Positions 1 through 12,726 of a stretch of DNA of 64,000 bases are shown here, piece after piece; within the stretch, counting starts at the first letter, position 1; every line of letters starts with the position of its first letter. The position numbers and the translations under genes are program-made. This DNA is from Marsupella aquatica. Its lineage: Eukaryota; Plantae; Marchantiophyta. The stretch is from the NCBI GenBank assembly GCA_973895155.1, contig OZ316899.1:6327241-6391240 (forward strand), given 5' to 3'. The notes under the pieces are model-generated. The model had not been told where the DNA came from. It saw nothing but the letters and a program-made list of their open reading frames with translations, and made no database searches.

Positions 1-268
1 TACAGACATCGTGAAGATGTTGAGTCTATTGAGGCTATTGTAGGTAGGTCTGTAGAAATGGCACAAGACAACACTGGGAATCGAGACATTATAGCTGATT
101 ACCATTTTTTCATTAGTGATGACAACACCCATGACACCCTTTTTGTGCAACACTACATGGACTCACACGCTGGATGAAGCAAGAGAAAATTTCATTCAAG
201 CACCATTGGGTTTGGTCAGATGGAGCGGCTTCACAGTTTAAGGCTTGCAGGCCTTTTTATTATGTCTC
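1..268 (+). pseudogene. DNA-transposon transposase (Sola-like DDD type), 5' part, interrupted by copia insertion
   Basis: Translation gives ...YHFFISDDNTHDTLFVQH and, after a frameshift, HHWVWSDGAASQFKACRPFYYVS. It continues after the copia TSD as RYYKRHGARMKWFFHASGHGKG. SDGxxSQ.K plus W.F..SGHGKG..D..GG is recalled as a Sola-type signature; the superfamily call is not verified. Confidence 0.6.
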
Positions 269-396
269 TGTTGTAACCCAGGGTTAAGTCTACCGCAGTC
301 AGGCTAGTCATAACCGCCTAAGTGCCTAGCTACCTAAGGAACCATATGTACTGGTTGGACGATGAATGAAGCATTAGTTGTTGACACACCACAACA
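269..396 (+). repeat. 5' LTR of copia element 1 (128 bp)
   Basis: Direct repeat of 5918-6045 with one mismatch seen (ctaaGtgcc vs ctaaCtgcc). Confidence 0.97.
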
Positions 397-410
397 CGTT
401 ATTAGCACGA
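397..410 (+). promoter_or_regulatory. Primer-binding site, internal (half) tRNA-iMet type
   Basis: CGTTATTAGCACGA directly after the LTR; the copy in element 2 reads CGTTATCAGCACGA, the Bianca-type PBS. Confidence 0.8.
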
Positions 411-739
411 GGCTCCTTACCTCAATTTTTTTTTCTCCCTTCGTTTTTTTACTCAGATTTCATAGACGATTCATGACTACCAAAGAATGGAGGAACAGGG
501 CCATGGACTAGGGAGATCGACCACCTATCAATAGATCACCTACATAACCGTTGCGGTGAGACAAGGCACCAAAGGCCAAAATCATAAGTGAATCACAAAC
601 AAGTACTCAATTGCAAGAGGATGCGGGCGATTAGAACCATCGGGAGAACAAACGCGAGCCAACACAGAGCTCACCAACTTCGATTTATATAGAAAGAACC
701 ACAATACAAAAACATCATTGACCCTACACATTTAATAGG

Positions 740-3700
740 ATGTCAATCCCCACGAACCCCATCAAAAAACTCCTATTTCAAGCCCTCAGTATCGACGGCG
801 CTAACTACTTATCCTGGACCCTAGACGTAGAAGCACACCTCGCAGCTAAGGATCTCCAGGACATGATCATAACAGATGCGGGAACAACTTTATAGCAAAA
901 GGCAAAAGCCTTGATACTAATTCGACACCACTTAAGCGACTCCCTGAAAAGACAATACTTGAACAAATTCAATCCGCGAATACTCTGGGAGGAGCTTCAA
1001 TCCCGCTTCGACCACACTTGAACCATTTATCTGCCAGCTGCACAACATGACTGGATTAATTTGAGAGTTCAAGATTACAAGACGATCGCAGATTACAATA
1101 GCGAGCTATTCAGAATCGTAGCGCAATTGGCAATCTGCGGCCAGCCAGTAAACAACGCGGAGCAAATAAAAAAGACGCTATCTACTCTACACTTAGCCAA
1201 TCTAATACTCTCGACGCAATACAGGAATATGGCATTCACCAGATACTCCGAACTAATCGCCCACATGCTTCTGTCTGAGAAACACCAGCTCCTGTTACTA
1301 CAGAATGCACAAAAGCGACCCCCCGACACCCTCCCCCCACATACAACTCCAGAAATCAACTATATAGAACCACAAAGGGGAGAGGGAACATCTTACCAAG
1401 GCCGAGGAGGCAGCAGAGGGAGAGGCCCCTACAGGGGACGAGGAACTAATTTTCAACGCGGCTGAAAAGGAAACTTCCCACGTGGACGAAGACGAGGCAG
1501 ATACCGATATAATGGAGGGAGCTTGAGAAACATCTGGAAACGAGATAACAACAACCAGCCTCGGACAAAGTTCAACCAAGAACAATACAACTCACGAGAT
1601 AAAATCGAAAACCCTCCTCTCTGTTTTTGCTGTGGAACTAAAGGGTACATCCAAAAAACATGTCGAGCCCCTATACACCTAGTGGCACTCTATAAGAAAA
1701 GTATTACAACAAATGAACCCGAAACGTATGGAACATTTATGGACTCTACGGAGATCCTACCTGAGATAAATATGGCCACAAGGAACCCTATAAAAACACC
1801 AGACGGCCCCTCCTACTATATAGTCGATAGCAGGACCTCACATTCTATCTTGAAAAATAAAGAATACTTCACCCACATAACACCATCACAACGCAAGATA
1901 ACAACAATAATGGGCCAACATCAATTGGAGGAAGGATATGGACCGGCAACGGTGATTCTACCTCGAGGGACAACCATAAAAATACACTCGGCCATTTACG
2001 CACCCAAAGCAACGAGAAACCTGATAAGTTTTGGAGATATAAGAGCCAACAACCTGCATATAGAGACAGGAACCTCAAATGAACGAGAAGTCCTATACAT
2101 AACATCCAAGACACCAATGAACAAAGGAATCCTGGAAACACTAGATGCAACCCCTCCCGGATTTTATGTCACAAACATACAGAGCTTCCAAACGGAAACT
2201 CACAAGAATACTGTTACCAAGACTTGGCATAGGAGGCTCGGCCACCCTGGCCTTAACATGTTTCAGAGGATTATTAAGCAAACCAAGGGCATACCAACCA
2301 CGGTACACCCCACATCCATGCAAGAGCCGTGCCTAGCTTGCTCACAAGGAAAACTGATAATCCGGCCTTCCCCATCAACAACCGAAAGCCGAATCCCCAA
2401 CTTTTTGGAGCGAATACACGCTGATGTTTGCGGACCCATAGATCCCCCTAGCGGCCCATTCCGCTTCTTCCTAGTAGTCATAGACGAGATACCAAATGGT
2501 CCCAAATTTCCCTCTTATCTACACGAAATTTAGTGTTCTCACGCCTCATATCTCATATCCTAAAACTGAGAGCACAATTCCCGGATAACCACATTTGGAC
2601 ACTCAGAGTAGATAACGCAGGGGAGTTTACCTCTAAAACTTTTGAAGAATTTTGTACTGCTACGGGAATAGACGTACAGTACCCGGTCCCCCACGTACAC
2701 TTCCAGAACGGGACAACAGAATCCTTGATAAAATGCCTCCAGATAATTGCTCGGCCACTATTAATGCAGAGTAACCTCCCCACAACAGCATGGGGACATG
2801 CAATCCTCCACCCCGCCACATTGTTGAGCTATAGACCATCAGCATTCAACTCTAGTTCACCCCACCACCTGGCATTTGGCAATATTCCAAATGTCTCCCA
2901 CCTGAGGACGTTTGGTTGCCAAGTAATGGTACCAATCCTGGGCCCCAAGCGAACAAAGATGGGCCCTCAGAGGCAACCAGGCATATACACTGGATGCGAC
3001 TCCACATCAATTATTTGCTACTTGGAACCAACCACGTCCGATGTATTCAAAGCACGCTTCATAGACTGCCATTTCTACGAAGACACTTTCCCGAGACTAC
3101 ACACGAAACAGCAAATGGATAAAGACAAGGCGCTCACCTGGCAAATCCAATCTGCATTTTGGAATGACCCTCGAACCAGCCATTCAGACACAGAAGTTCA
3201 ACAAATCCTGCACCTCGCAAAGATGGTAGAACAACTACCAGATTCTTTTGCAGACGCTGCAAAAATGACCAGATCCCATATACCGGCGGCAAATGCACCA
3301 TCTAGAATACAGATGGAAACTCAACCCCCCACAGTGGCGGTACCAAGAGCCAAGCGAGGCCGCCCACTAGGCTTTGGAGACAAACAACCAAGGCAGAGGA
3401 GGGCAACCCCCTCCAGATAGGCACCAACAATCCAGAGGGCCCCTGCCTCCCCACAGCCTGAGACACGAGAAGATAACAAAGAAATTGCCATCAACTACGG
3501 CAGCACAGGGCATATATGGGACAGACAACAGACAATACTAGATGAACACTTTGCCTTCCACATATCTCAACAAATATAAGAAGACTTACCTGACCCAAGG
3601 ACAATCCCAGAAGCACAAACTCACCCTGACTGGCCAGAGTGGGAGAAAGCTATTCACCTAGAATTGGACTCACTTATATCACGCCAAGTGTTTGGCCCAA

Positions 3701-5338
3701 TAACCCCAGCAACACCAGGCACACACCTGACGGGATACAAATGGACCTTTGTGAAGAAGCGCAATGCAAAGGGGGAAGTGGTTAGACACAAGGCCCGCTT
3801 AGTAGCTAAGGGATTTACTCAAATCCCAGGCAGGGACTACGACCTCACATATTCCCCGGTGATGGACATAATTACTTACCGCTACCTGATCACTTTTTCC
3901 TAGTATCACAACTTATCGATGCACCAAATGGACATAGTGACAACCTATTTATATGGCCACCTGGATACAATACTTCATATGGAGGCACCACCCAAACTGA
4001 TACAACGAGCGGAACACCACAGTAAGGGGGAGCCAATACATCAAGAATCACATAAACATACACAAAGTACCTTCAACCATGCCAACGCAGCAGTACTTAA
4101 GAAAACAGCAAAATCAATAACATTGGAAGCTTCTTTAAAGCAAGAGTTGCAAAAGAAAAATCTTACCACACGAACTCGTTTTGCAGTACAAGTACTCCGC
4201 TCAATGTATGGCCTGAAACAGAGCGGCCTGACATGGTATAAGAGATTCAAATCAGAAATGGTAGCAATGGGATTCACGAACGTTGATATAACACCATGCC
4301 TTTTTATTAAGCGAGAAGGACACGAATTCATTATCATTGCCATATACGTAGACGACTTGAACTTATTTGGCACCAGTAGAATCATGCTGGAAACTATTGA
4401 ACTACTAAAACAGGCATTTGAGATGAGAGACTTGGGGCAGACTACTTTCTGCCTCGGATTGCAATTCGAACACTTACCCACTGGAATTTTCCTGCATCAA
4501 TCTACATATACAAAAAAGATATTGAAGCAATTTAATATGCATCTGGCAAAAGCAGTCCAATCTCCTATGGACATTCGTTCCTTGGACAAGGATAAGGACA
4601 TCTTCCGGAAGAGAAACGAGAACGAGCCACTACTTGGCTCAGAAAAACCATACCTATCTGCTATAGGTGTGCTAATGTTCCTTGCCAACCAGACCAGACC
4701 TGATCTGGCATTCTCGGTGAACTTGTTGGCCCGCCACAGTGCAGCACCAACCATACGCCACTGGAATGGCGTTAAGAGAATTTTCCGCTACCTCATAGGT
4801 ACCATAGATCTGGGATTATTCTACCCCAAGAACGCTACTTACTAACTGGAATGCTGACGCAGGATATCTATCTGACCCTGAAGATGCCAAGTCACAGACA
4901 GGGTACATGTTCTTGATGGGACAAACAGCAATTTCATGGAGGAGCAACAAACAAACGCTCACCACGACTTCATCAAACCACTCCGAAATAATTGCTTTAT
5001 ACGAAGCTAGCCGGGAGTGCATATGGTTACAAAACGTGATCAACCACATACATCAAAACACTGGAACGCCAAGACTGACCGCACCTACACACGTATACGA
5101 AGACAACCGACCATGCGTCGACCAAATTCAAGCAGGTTTCATCAAGGGCGACAGGACAAAACACATTGCTCCTAAGTTCTTCTTTACACACGAGCAGCAG
5201 AGCAAGAACACCGAAGTACGCTGGATCCCAAGTGAATCAAACTCTGCAGACATGTTTACAAAATCCCTACCTCCTGCCCTTCACAAAAAGCATGCACATT
5301 CCATAGGGTTGCAAAGCCTATCTCAATTACTCAGCTGA
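740..5338 (+). pseudogene. copia gag-pol polyprotein (gag, Zn knuckle, protease, integrase, RT, RNase H) with several stops and frameshifts
   Basis: ATG at 740, in frame with ORF 1061. Motifs CFCCGTKG, YIVDSRTSHSI, WHRRLGHPG, HADVCGP, RVDNAGEF, KARLVAKGFTQ, YGLKQSG, IYVDDL, YEDN, KHIAPKFF, ADMFTK. Confidence 0.95.
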
Positions 5339-5908
5339 ACTAACAGAGCTAGGTATCGCAGCTAATGTGCTTGCAGCATTCAGGGGGAGATTCGCCCGAC
5401 TGTAGCCAAAAAACTGCAACTCCGCAGATGTCGATACCTCCCCAACATAAGCCAACGAGACACCTCACAATACACAAGCCAGGAATAGATTGACACCAGC
5501 ATAACGATCGACGGGAGCCATTGAACGATGACAAGACCCTGCAACACAACTCGAAAAGTGCAACACCATTTCCCGAGGAGCCTTAATGCTCCCAGTACCC
5601 CGCATCACAGAGGAAGTAGACACATACATTGTTAGGGCTACGAGCTTACAGGACAAAATGCCACATAACATTTTCCCGACAAACACACCTTCAAATATCA
5701 TACTATTTTTACATTAGACCATACACATTAAATCATTTATATAACCTAGAGGGAATGGTAATACTCTTTCCCCCCACAAGAAAGGAGGGGGGGTTTTAAT
5801 GAGATTACATTCCCCTCCTAGGTATAAACTTAAAATAGATCAAAAATAACCATTCCTTAGAGTAGACTTCAGATGGTGGCAACATTTCCCCCAGGTCATG
5901 TTACCCCC

Positions 5909-5917
5909 AAGGGGGAG
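5909..5917 (+). promoter_or_regulatory. Polypurine tract of copia element 1
   Basis: AAGGGGGAG immediately 5' of the 3' LTR. Confidence 0.9.
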
Positions 5918-6045
5918 TGTTGTAACCCAGGGTTAAGTCTACCGCAGTCAGGCTAGTCATAACCGCCTAACTGCCTAGCTACCTAAGGAACCATATGTAC
6001 TGGTTGGACGATGAATGAAGCATTAGTTGTTGACACACCACAACA
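5918..6045 (+). repeat. 3' LTR of copia element 1
   Basis: Direct repeat of 269-396, followed by TSD GTCTC. Confidence 0.97.
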
Positions 6046-6050
6046 GTCTC

Positions 6051-7157
6051 CAGATATTACAAGCGACATGGTGCTAGAATGAAATGGTTCTTCCATGCTT
6101 CAGGACATGGAAAGGGGGTTGCTGTGAGTTTCTTAACTCTGTCTTTGATCAGTTACTGCTCTACTTGACCATCATGAACAATCTGATTCAATACTATAGT
6201 GAGCTTTCATTGTAAATAGTGAGCTTTACAAATTGCACAGGTGTACATTCATTCACCCTTTGATTGAATTGTAATTGGTGTGCTTCATTTTAGGATGCTC
6301 TTGGTGGTCACATTAAGAGCGGAATAGAGAAGGAGCAGCTGAAAGGAATTCATGGAGCTCGGTTGGAGAATGCTGCTGATGTGGTTGCTTTTTGCAAAGA
6401 CAAATTTGCCCTTGGCCAAGAGAAGGAATATGGTGACGTTCAATTGGTGAGATGAATGTTTTGGGAAATTGGTGCACATGAAGTGAACCGAAGGAAAAAA
6501 TGGGACTGTGACGCAATCAAGGGAAGTAGAACACTACATTGCTTTGATGGGTTTAGTGATCGTCTCTCTACTCTTTTGAAAGTAAGGGATCTTTGTTGCT
6601 TTTGTGCTCATTGTGTAGATGATGAACCAGCCAAATGTGAGAACATAGAATGGGTAGGACATTTTAAACTTGAGATGGTGAGAGGAGTACTGCCAATTGA
6701 TGTGATACCTGACATACACAGCATAGGACTAGGGGAAGGAGGTTCTCAATGGCAAGATGGCTTTTTGGCAGAATTGGTCCAACTAGGTGACTTTTATGCT
6801 GTTGAAGCCAAGCAGCCAAATAAGTGGGGTGCTGATTTCTACGTCCTTCAATGTGAGGAGGTACTGCACACAATCAAAGAGAGATTTACAGACGGGTATG
6901 AGGTGGAGTTTGATGCAGGCGACTTGGCATTGAAGGGAAGGTGGTTTCAACCAATTCCAAAATCAGAAACCAGATTTGTATTCAATGACACTGCACCCTC
7001 AAGCTATACTCATGCAAACTCTGTAGTTCATATTAGGTTTGCTTTGACTCCATGTGAGGTTGGTCGAAAGGGTGGCAGTAGGATGTACAGCTTAGATGTA
7101 CATTCTCTAGCAGCAATCTCTGCTTCCTTGACTTCACAAGTCACTGTTGGAACGTAG
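6051..7157 (+). pseudogene. Sola-like transposase, 3' part (intron about 6120-6292, frameshifts)
   Basis: WFFHASGHGKG, then after an AT-rich intron DALGGHIKSGIEKEQLK, then ORF 6456-7157 with IKGSRTLHCF, a CFCAHC...C motif and a C-terminal beta-rich domain. Confidence 0.6.
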
Positions 7158-7369
7158 ATTGTGCATGCAGGCGCTACAATGGAGTGAAGTGCTTGGCAAT
7201 GACTAGTCAGGTATGGTGCCCACAAGTTACATTGTAAACTATAGATTTGCTGTAATTCAATCTGACTGCTCTATCCATAGCTTTGCTTTCAATCTAGTGT
7301 ATGCAAAATATGCTTGCTAGGTCTTAATCAATGTTCAAGTGAGGTATGTAGCTGACAGAGGAATGACAC

Positions 7370-8250
7370 GTCCTCACAAGGACTGAATTCCTTTTTCCAT
7401 CAAGGACTTTAGACCAAATTCCTTTTTGCATGAAGGACTCAAGCCTTGAAAAGGACTTAATCCATTTTGTGCGAAGGACTAAAGCCCTGAAAGGGACTTT
7501 AATCCTTGTTGTCCGAAGGACTGATGTACTAGACTCCTTTTTGCATGAAGGACTCAGTCCCAGGAAAGGACTTTAATCCTTGTTGTCCGAAGGACTGATG
7601 TACTAGACTCCTTTTTGCATGAAGGACTTAGTCCCAGGAAAGGACTTTAATCCTTTTTGTCCAAAGGACTGGACTCCTTGTGCATGAAGGACTCAGTCCC
7701 ACCAAAGGACTTTAATCATTTTCGTCCAAAGGACTACAGGACTGGGCTCCTTGTGCATGAAAGACTCAGTCCCAGGAAAGGACTTTAATCCTTTTCGTCC
7801 GAAGGACTACATGACTGGACTCCTTGTGCATGAAGGACTCAGTTGAATGAAAGGACTTAAATCCTTTTATAGGAAGGACTAATATAGGACTCCACTCCAT
7901 TGTCCGAAGGACTGAAGTACTAGACTCCTTTTTGCATGAAGGACTGAAATCCTTGTTGTTTGAAGGACTCAAGTCCTAAAATGACTTTACTCCTTTTCCC
8001 TTGAAAGGATTCTAACCGTGAAAAGGACTTGAATCCTTTTTGTGCAAAGGAAAGAGCTAGGTTTTAAGAGTACTACACTTGACGTACACTATTATGTGTG
8101 AAGGACTAAATTCTGTCCTGGACTCCTTTTTGTGTGGAGTATCTAATACCTGTTGGCTGAAGGAGTTATAGGACTAGAGTTCACTCCTTCAAGGTCTGTC
8201 TGATTGTCTGAACTCCTTCCCTTCAAGGACTATATTGTCCCTACAAATCC
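7370..8250. repeat. Array of AAGGAC(T)...(T)CCTT short inverted motifs with about 72-bp higher-order tandem units; probable subterminal repeats of the Sola-like element
   Basis: Dozens of GAAGGACT/AAGGACTT motifs alternate with AATCCTT/ACTCCTT. The unit GGACTTTAATCCTTGTTGTCCGAAGGACTGATGTACTAGACTCCTTTTTGCATGAAGGACT recurs at about 7494 and 7568. Confidence 0.85.
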
Positions 8251-8255
8251 CTTCA

Positions 8256-11200
8256 TGTTGTAACCTGAGTTAACTAGGATTACGCCTACTCAGGTTAGGT
8301 CACACTAACTGCCTAACCACCAGGCTATTGGAAAGCCTATATGTAAGGATATGGAAGGGAATGGATATACATTTATTCAATCTATCACAACACGTTATCA
8401 GCACGATGCTGATTTGAATCAAATTTTAAAAAAATTAAAAATCATCTCTCTTTCCTCTTTTGAGATAGACTGGCAACCTTTTAGGAAAGGATTTATGGCA
8501 GGCGAAGGTGCAACGGTGGTCAGATCAATCAAGGGGGATGGAAGGTTATAAATTGACATTACACATGAAACGAATTGGACCATTGAGATAAGAAATTACA
8601 AATCACCAACTACAATTTGCAATTCCTTTTCTCTCTTTCTCAAATTTCAACAATTGAATGAAATTGAGATTGGACACCCAAATACAATTGCAAACTTGTG
8701 CTTACCAATAAGAAATTATACCACTAGAATCTAGCAATATGTCAAAGAATTCTATGGAGAAACTCTTATTTCAACCCCTCAGCATCGATGGTGCCAACTA
8801 TTTGTCCGCAGTGTAATCCGTGATTGTTTTATCTGAAGTGTTCGCGGATTACAATTGCAAAATATTTTGGATTGTATCCCAATTGGCCATATGTGGCCAC
8901 CCCGTTAATGATGACGAACAGATTGAGAAAATGCTCTCTATCCTTCACTCTACAAATCTTATTCTCTCTACCCAATATCGCAATATGCGATTCACACAAT
9001 ATTCCGAGTTGATTGCCCATATGCTCCTGGCTGAAAAGCACCAGCTATTGCTATTACAGAATTCCCAAAAACGACCCCCTGGAACTCTCCCTCCAGTCAC
9101 AAATTCAGAATCCCACTACGTTACAACCCAAAGGGGAGAGGGCTGATCTTACCGTGGTCGAGGTAGTTTCAAGGGGAGAAACACATACAGAGGCCGAGGT
9201 AGCTCTTTCAGAGGACGCGGAGGCAGAAGCAACAACTTCAGAGGCAGATCCAGGGGAAGATACCAAAACACCGGCGATAACTTCAGAAACAACTGGCAGC
9301 GAGGCAACTATCAACCCCGAGCGAGGACAAATCAACAACAAAGCACTCAAAGAGATAAATACGAAAACCCCTCCACCTGTTTTTGTTGTGGCACTAAAGG
9401 CCACATTCAAAAATTCTGCCGTACACCTGCACATCTGGTGCAACTATATAAGAAGAGCACTGCACAAAATGAACCTGAGACGTATGGGACTTTCCTAGAA
9501 TCCACAGAAATTATACCAACTATAAACATGGTCATATCAAAGACCATACCTGATTCTAGTATCAAAGAAAATTTTTCCCAATGCATAGTCGACAGTGGTA
9601 CATCGCATTCCATTTTTAAGCATAAGGAATACTTTAAGCAAATTATACCATCCCAAAGAAAACTTACAACGATTATGGGCAAGCACCAATTGGAAGAGGG
9701 ATTTGGACCAGCATTGGTCACCCTACCCCGTGGGACGATAATTCATGTGGAGTCTGCAATATACGCCCCAAAGGCAACCAGAAACTTACTAAGCTTTGGG
9801 GATATCCGTGCTAACAAACTGCATATTAAGACGGGCACTCAACAAGGACGGGAAGTCTTGTACATCACCTCGGGGGAACCAACAAATACCAAGATCAGAG
9901 ACATCTTGAGAGCATCACCCCCCGGTTCTTACACTATTGAAATCCACAGCTTCTACACTGGAACACCCCAAGGCACACTTACCGAGATCTGGCACAGGAG
10001 ACTGGGCCACCCGGGAACAACAATGTTCCTGAAACTGATTAGAGAAACCTTGGGCATACCGGAAATGGTCCACCCCACTTCCATAAAAGCTCCCTGTTTA
10101 GCTTCCTCATAGGGCAAGCTCATAATCCGGCCCTCACCACCTACAACTGAGCGCCAAATCCCCCCACTTCCTGGAGCGCATACACGCTGACGTATGCGGG
10201 CCGATTGACCCCCCAAGTGGCCCATTCCGATTTTTCCTGGCAATCATAGATGCATCAACAAAATGGAGTCAGATATCCTTACTATCTACACAAAACCTGG
10301 TATTCTCCAGACTCCTTGCCCACATACTAAAATTGAGAGCTCAATTCCCTGAAAACCAAATTAAAACACTGAGAGTAGATAACACTGGCGAATTTACCTC
10401 TAAGACGTTTGAAGATTTTTGCCAGGCCACGGGCATTGATGTCCAGTACCCAGTACCCCATGTCCACTTTCAAAATGGAATAGCCGAATCCTTGATTAAA
10501 CGACTGCAGCTGATTGCCAGACCCCTACTAATGCAGACAAACTTACCAATAGTTGCTTGTGGTCATGCCATCCTCCATATGTTGCACTACTCAGTTATAG
10601 ACCATCATCTTTTAATTCCTCTACCCCACATTACCTAGCACTGGGGACCATACCAAATGTCTCTCACCTGAGAACGTTCGGCTGTAAAGTGATGGTACCC
10701 ATCCTGGGACCTTAGAGAACCAAGATGGGACCCCAGAGACACCCAGGAATATACATAGGTTTTGACTCAGCTTCAATTATCAGATATATGGAGCCTACAA
10801 CATCCGATGTCTTCAAAGCACGCTTTGCAGATTGCCACTTCTACGAAGATATTTTTCCCAGCCTACATACGAAGCAACTTGACACATAGAAAACCTCCCA
10901 ACTTACTTGGCAAATTGATGCCAGTTTCTGGAACGACCCAAGGGATAGTCATGTGGACACTGAAGTACAACGAATCTTACACCTAGCAAGGATGGCAGAG
11001 CACCTACCAGACTCCTTCGCAGATGCCGCCCAGGTGACACGCTCCCATATCCCAGCAGCAAACGCCCCATCCAGAATACAAATGGAGACCCCACCAGCAT
11101 CAACAACAGCCCCGCAAGCGAAGAGAGGCCGTCCACTGGGATCTGTCGACAAGCAACCAAGATAGCGTAGAGCTGTCCCAGCACCTGCACCCAGCCCATC

Positions 11201-11433
11201 AACCAGGGATCCAACTCCAAGTCAACCAAATGTACCAGAAGATAATGCAGAGATATCAATCAACTATGGAAGAACCGGACATGTATGGGACAGAGAGCAC
11301 ACTACAATAGATGAACAATTCGCATTTCACATAGCACAGCAGATTGAAGATGAACTGCCTAACCCCCGAACAATCAAAGAAGCTGAGGTCCAACCTGACT
11401 GGCCTGAATGGGAACAGGCCATCCATTTAGAAT
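8256..11433 (+). mobile_element. Second Bianca-like Ty1/copia element, 3'-truncated (RT, RH and 3' LTR missing)
   Basis: 137-bp LTR TGTTG...CAACA at 8256-8392 and PBS CGTTATCAGCACGA at 8393-8406. gag-PR-INT is colinear with element 1 until ...AIHLE at about 11433, where similarity stops abruptly. Confidence 0.92.
8739..11433 (+). pseudogene. copia gag-PR-INT, decayed, with a deletion in the N-terminal gag
   Basis: Motifs CFCCGTKGH, IVDSGTSHSI, WHRRLGHPG, RVDNTGEF. Relative to element 1, about 250 bp of gag after SIDGANYLS is missing or replaced (about 8805-8840). Confidence 0.9.
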
Positions 11434-11499
11434 GCATCATGAATGTATCAAATTATTTGATCACAGTCAATCAGAGTGGACCATTGCCAGCTTCTTAGT

Positions 11500-12700
11500 C
11501 CACGTTCAAGAAGGAAGCCGCAATCTCTTTCTGGAACTGGCTAGCGGTGCAGAGGATTTAGGAGGGCCTTTCAAATTGAGTATTTGTGGTATAATTGGAT
11601 GTCCATGGCCAACTCCAAGTAGGTCTAACATTTGCCTGAAGGAAACCTGAGACATGGACTCTGGGCTAAACGGCATTGTGAGTAGCTCTGGAGTCGTCAA
11701 AGGTCTACTTAGCACCTTCCTAGATGATTCCAAAGCCCTCATTCTTTTCCCCAATTCCCGATCCTCAGTTTTGGGTGTCAAAAGCCTCCCTGTAGACTCG
11801 CCATCTTGGTTATCATCTTTCCCAGACTTGTTTCCCAGCTTTTGTGACATGGGAGCCGCCTCCAAAGCAAGTAGCAACATTTCACCTTCAGCTTGGAGGT
11901 TTGCCTGAATGCACACATGTAATAGTATTGAGGGTCAATACACTATTGGAGACTTTAAAATTGGAACAACCACTTGGACTATCCAATTAAGTGCAACAAC
12001 AAAGGAATTGATAATGCATCACTTGTCTCATTTTCCATACCTGTTCATGCACAGTTTGGATTTGTTGTACGAGTTGTCTCCTACTAAAAAGATCAATACT
12101 TGGCGCCCCATAGTACACTCATTTCATGTGATCTATGTAACTTACTCGCCTCTGTTCTCCGTGTGTGGGTAAGCCCCACGTTTGTAACCAATCATCAAAA
12201 AATGGTAGCCCACAAGCTTCACCCTTAGGAGTATCCTTTGAATCACCAATCAAAGAAAAAAGACAACTCGGATGATATGTGTGCCCACAGGATGCTGGGA
12301 TCCAATTGCAGCAATGATAACCATTGCAACAAACGGGACAACTTGATAACAGAACTTGGGTTGACACTGGAGAAGTAAGTGTTGCAACAAAGGTCGGCCT
12401 TGAGGTTGGACAGGGATTATGCAATACCCTCTCCAGAGTTGCATATTCAGACTTTTGTGCTTCCTCCGCCAAGTTAAGCTCCTTCAAGTCTGCATCCACA
12501 GCTACAGCCACTTTTTTCAATCGGGACACCATCCCTGATGATGCTTCAAATCGCTTTTGCTTGGCTGCAATGATCTCGGTCACCTTCACCATATCCCTCC
12601 CGATGGTCTCTTGGCGGCCCTTCAACTCAGCAATTTTGGCTCTTGAGTTTTTAAGTCGGGTTTCCAAGAGAGTACTGAACTCAATGCCCTGTAACCATTG
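11500..12700 (-). pseudogene. Multi-exon gene fragment encoding coiled coil plus RING-type zinc finger
   Basis: ORF 12119-12772 has heptad-rich LETRLKNSRAKIAELK... followed by CPVC...CGHTYHPSC...GEAC (one ligand mutated). Downstream exon ORF 11506-11916. Both ends are cut by TEs. Confidence 0.6.
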
Positions 12701-12726
12701 GAAACAATTCAAATTTGTAAAGAGTA

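Larger units (their letters stand above)
269..6045 (+). mobile_element. Ty1/copia LTR retrotransposon, Bianca-like, structurally complete, coding region decayed
   Basis: 128-bp LTRs TGTTG...CAACA at 269-396 and 5918-6045. 5-bp TSD GTCTC at 264-268 and 6046-6050. PBS and PPT present. Domain order gag-PR-INT-RT-RH. Confidence 0.97.

Noticed and set aside
5349-5701. Antisense extra ORFs in the copia 3' UTR
   Set aside because: Short, overlapping, no motif support.
7370-8250. CRISPR-like alternation of repeats and spacers
   Set aside because: Spacers are short, variable in length and themselves repeated; no cas genes; eukaryotic TE context.
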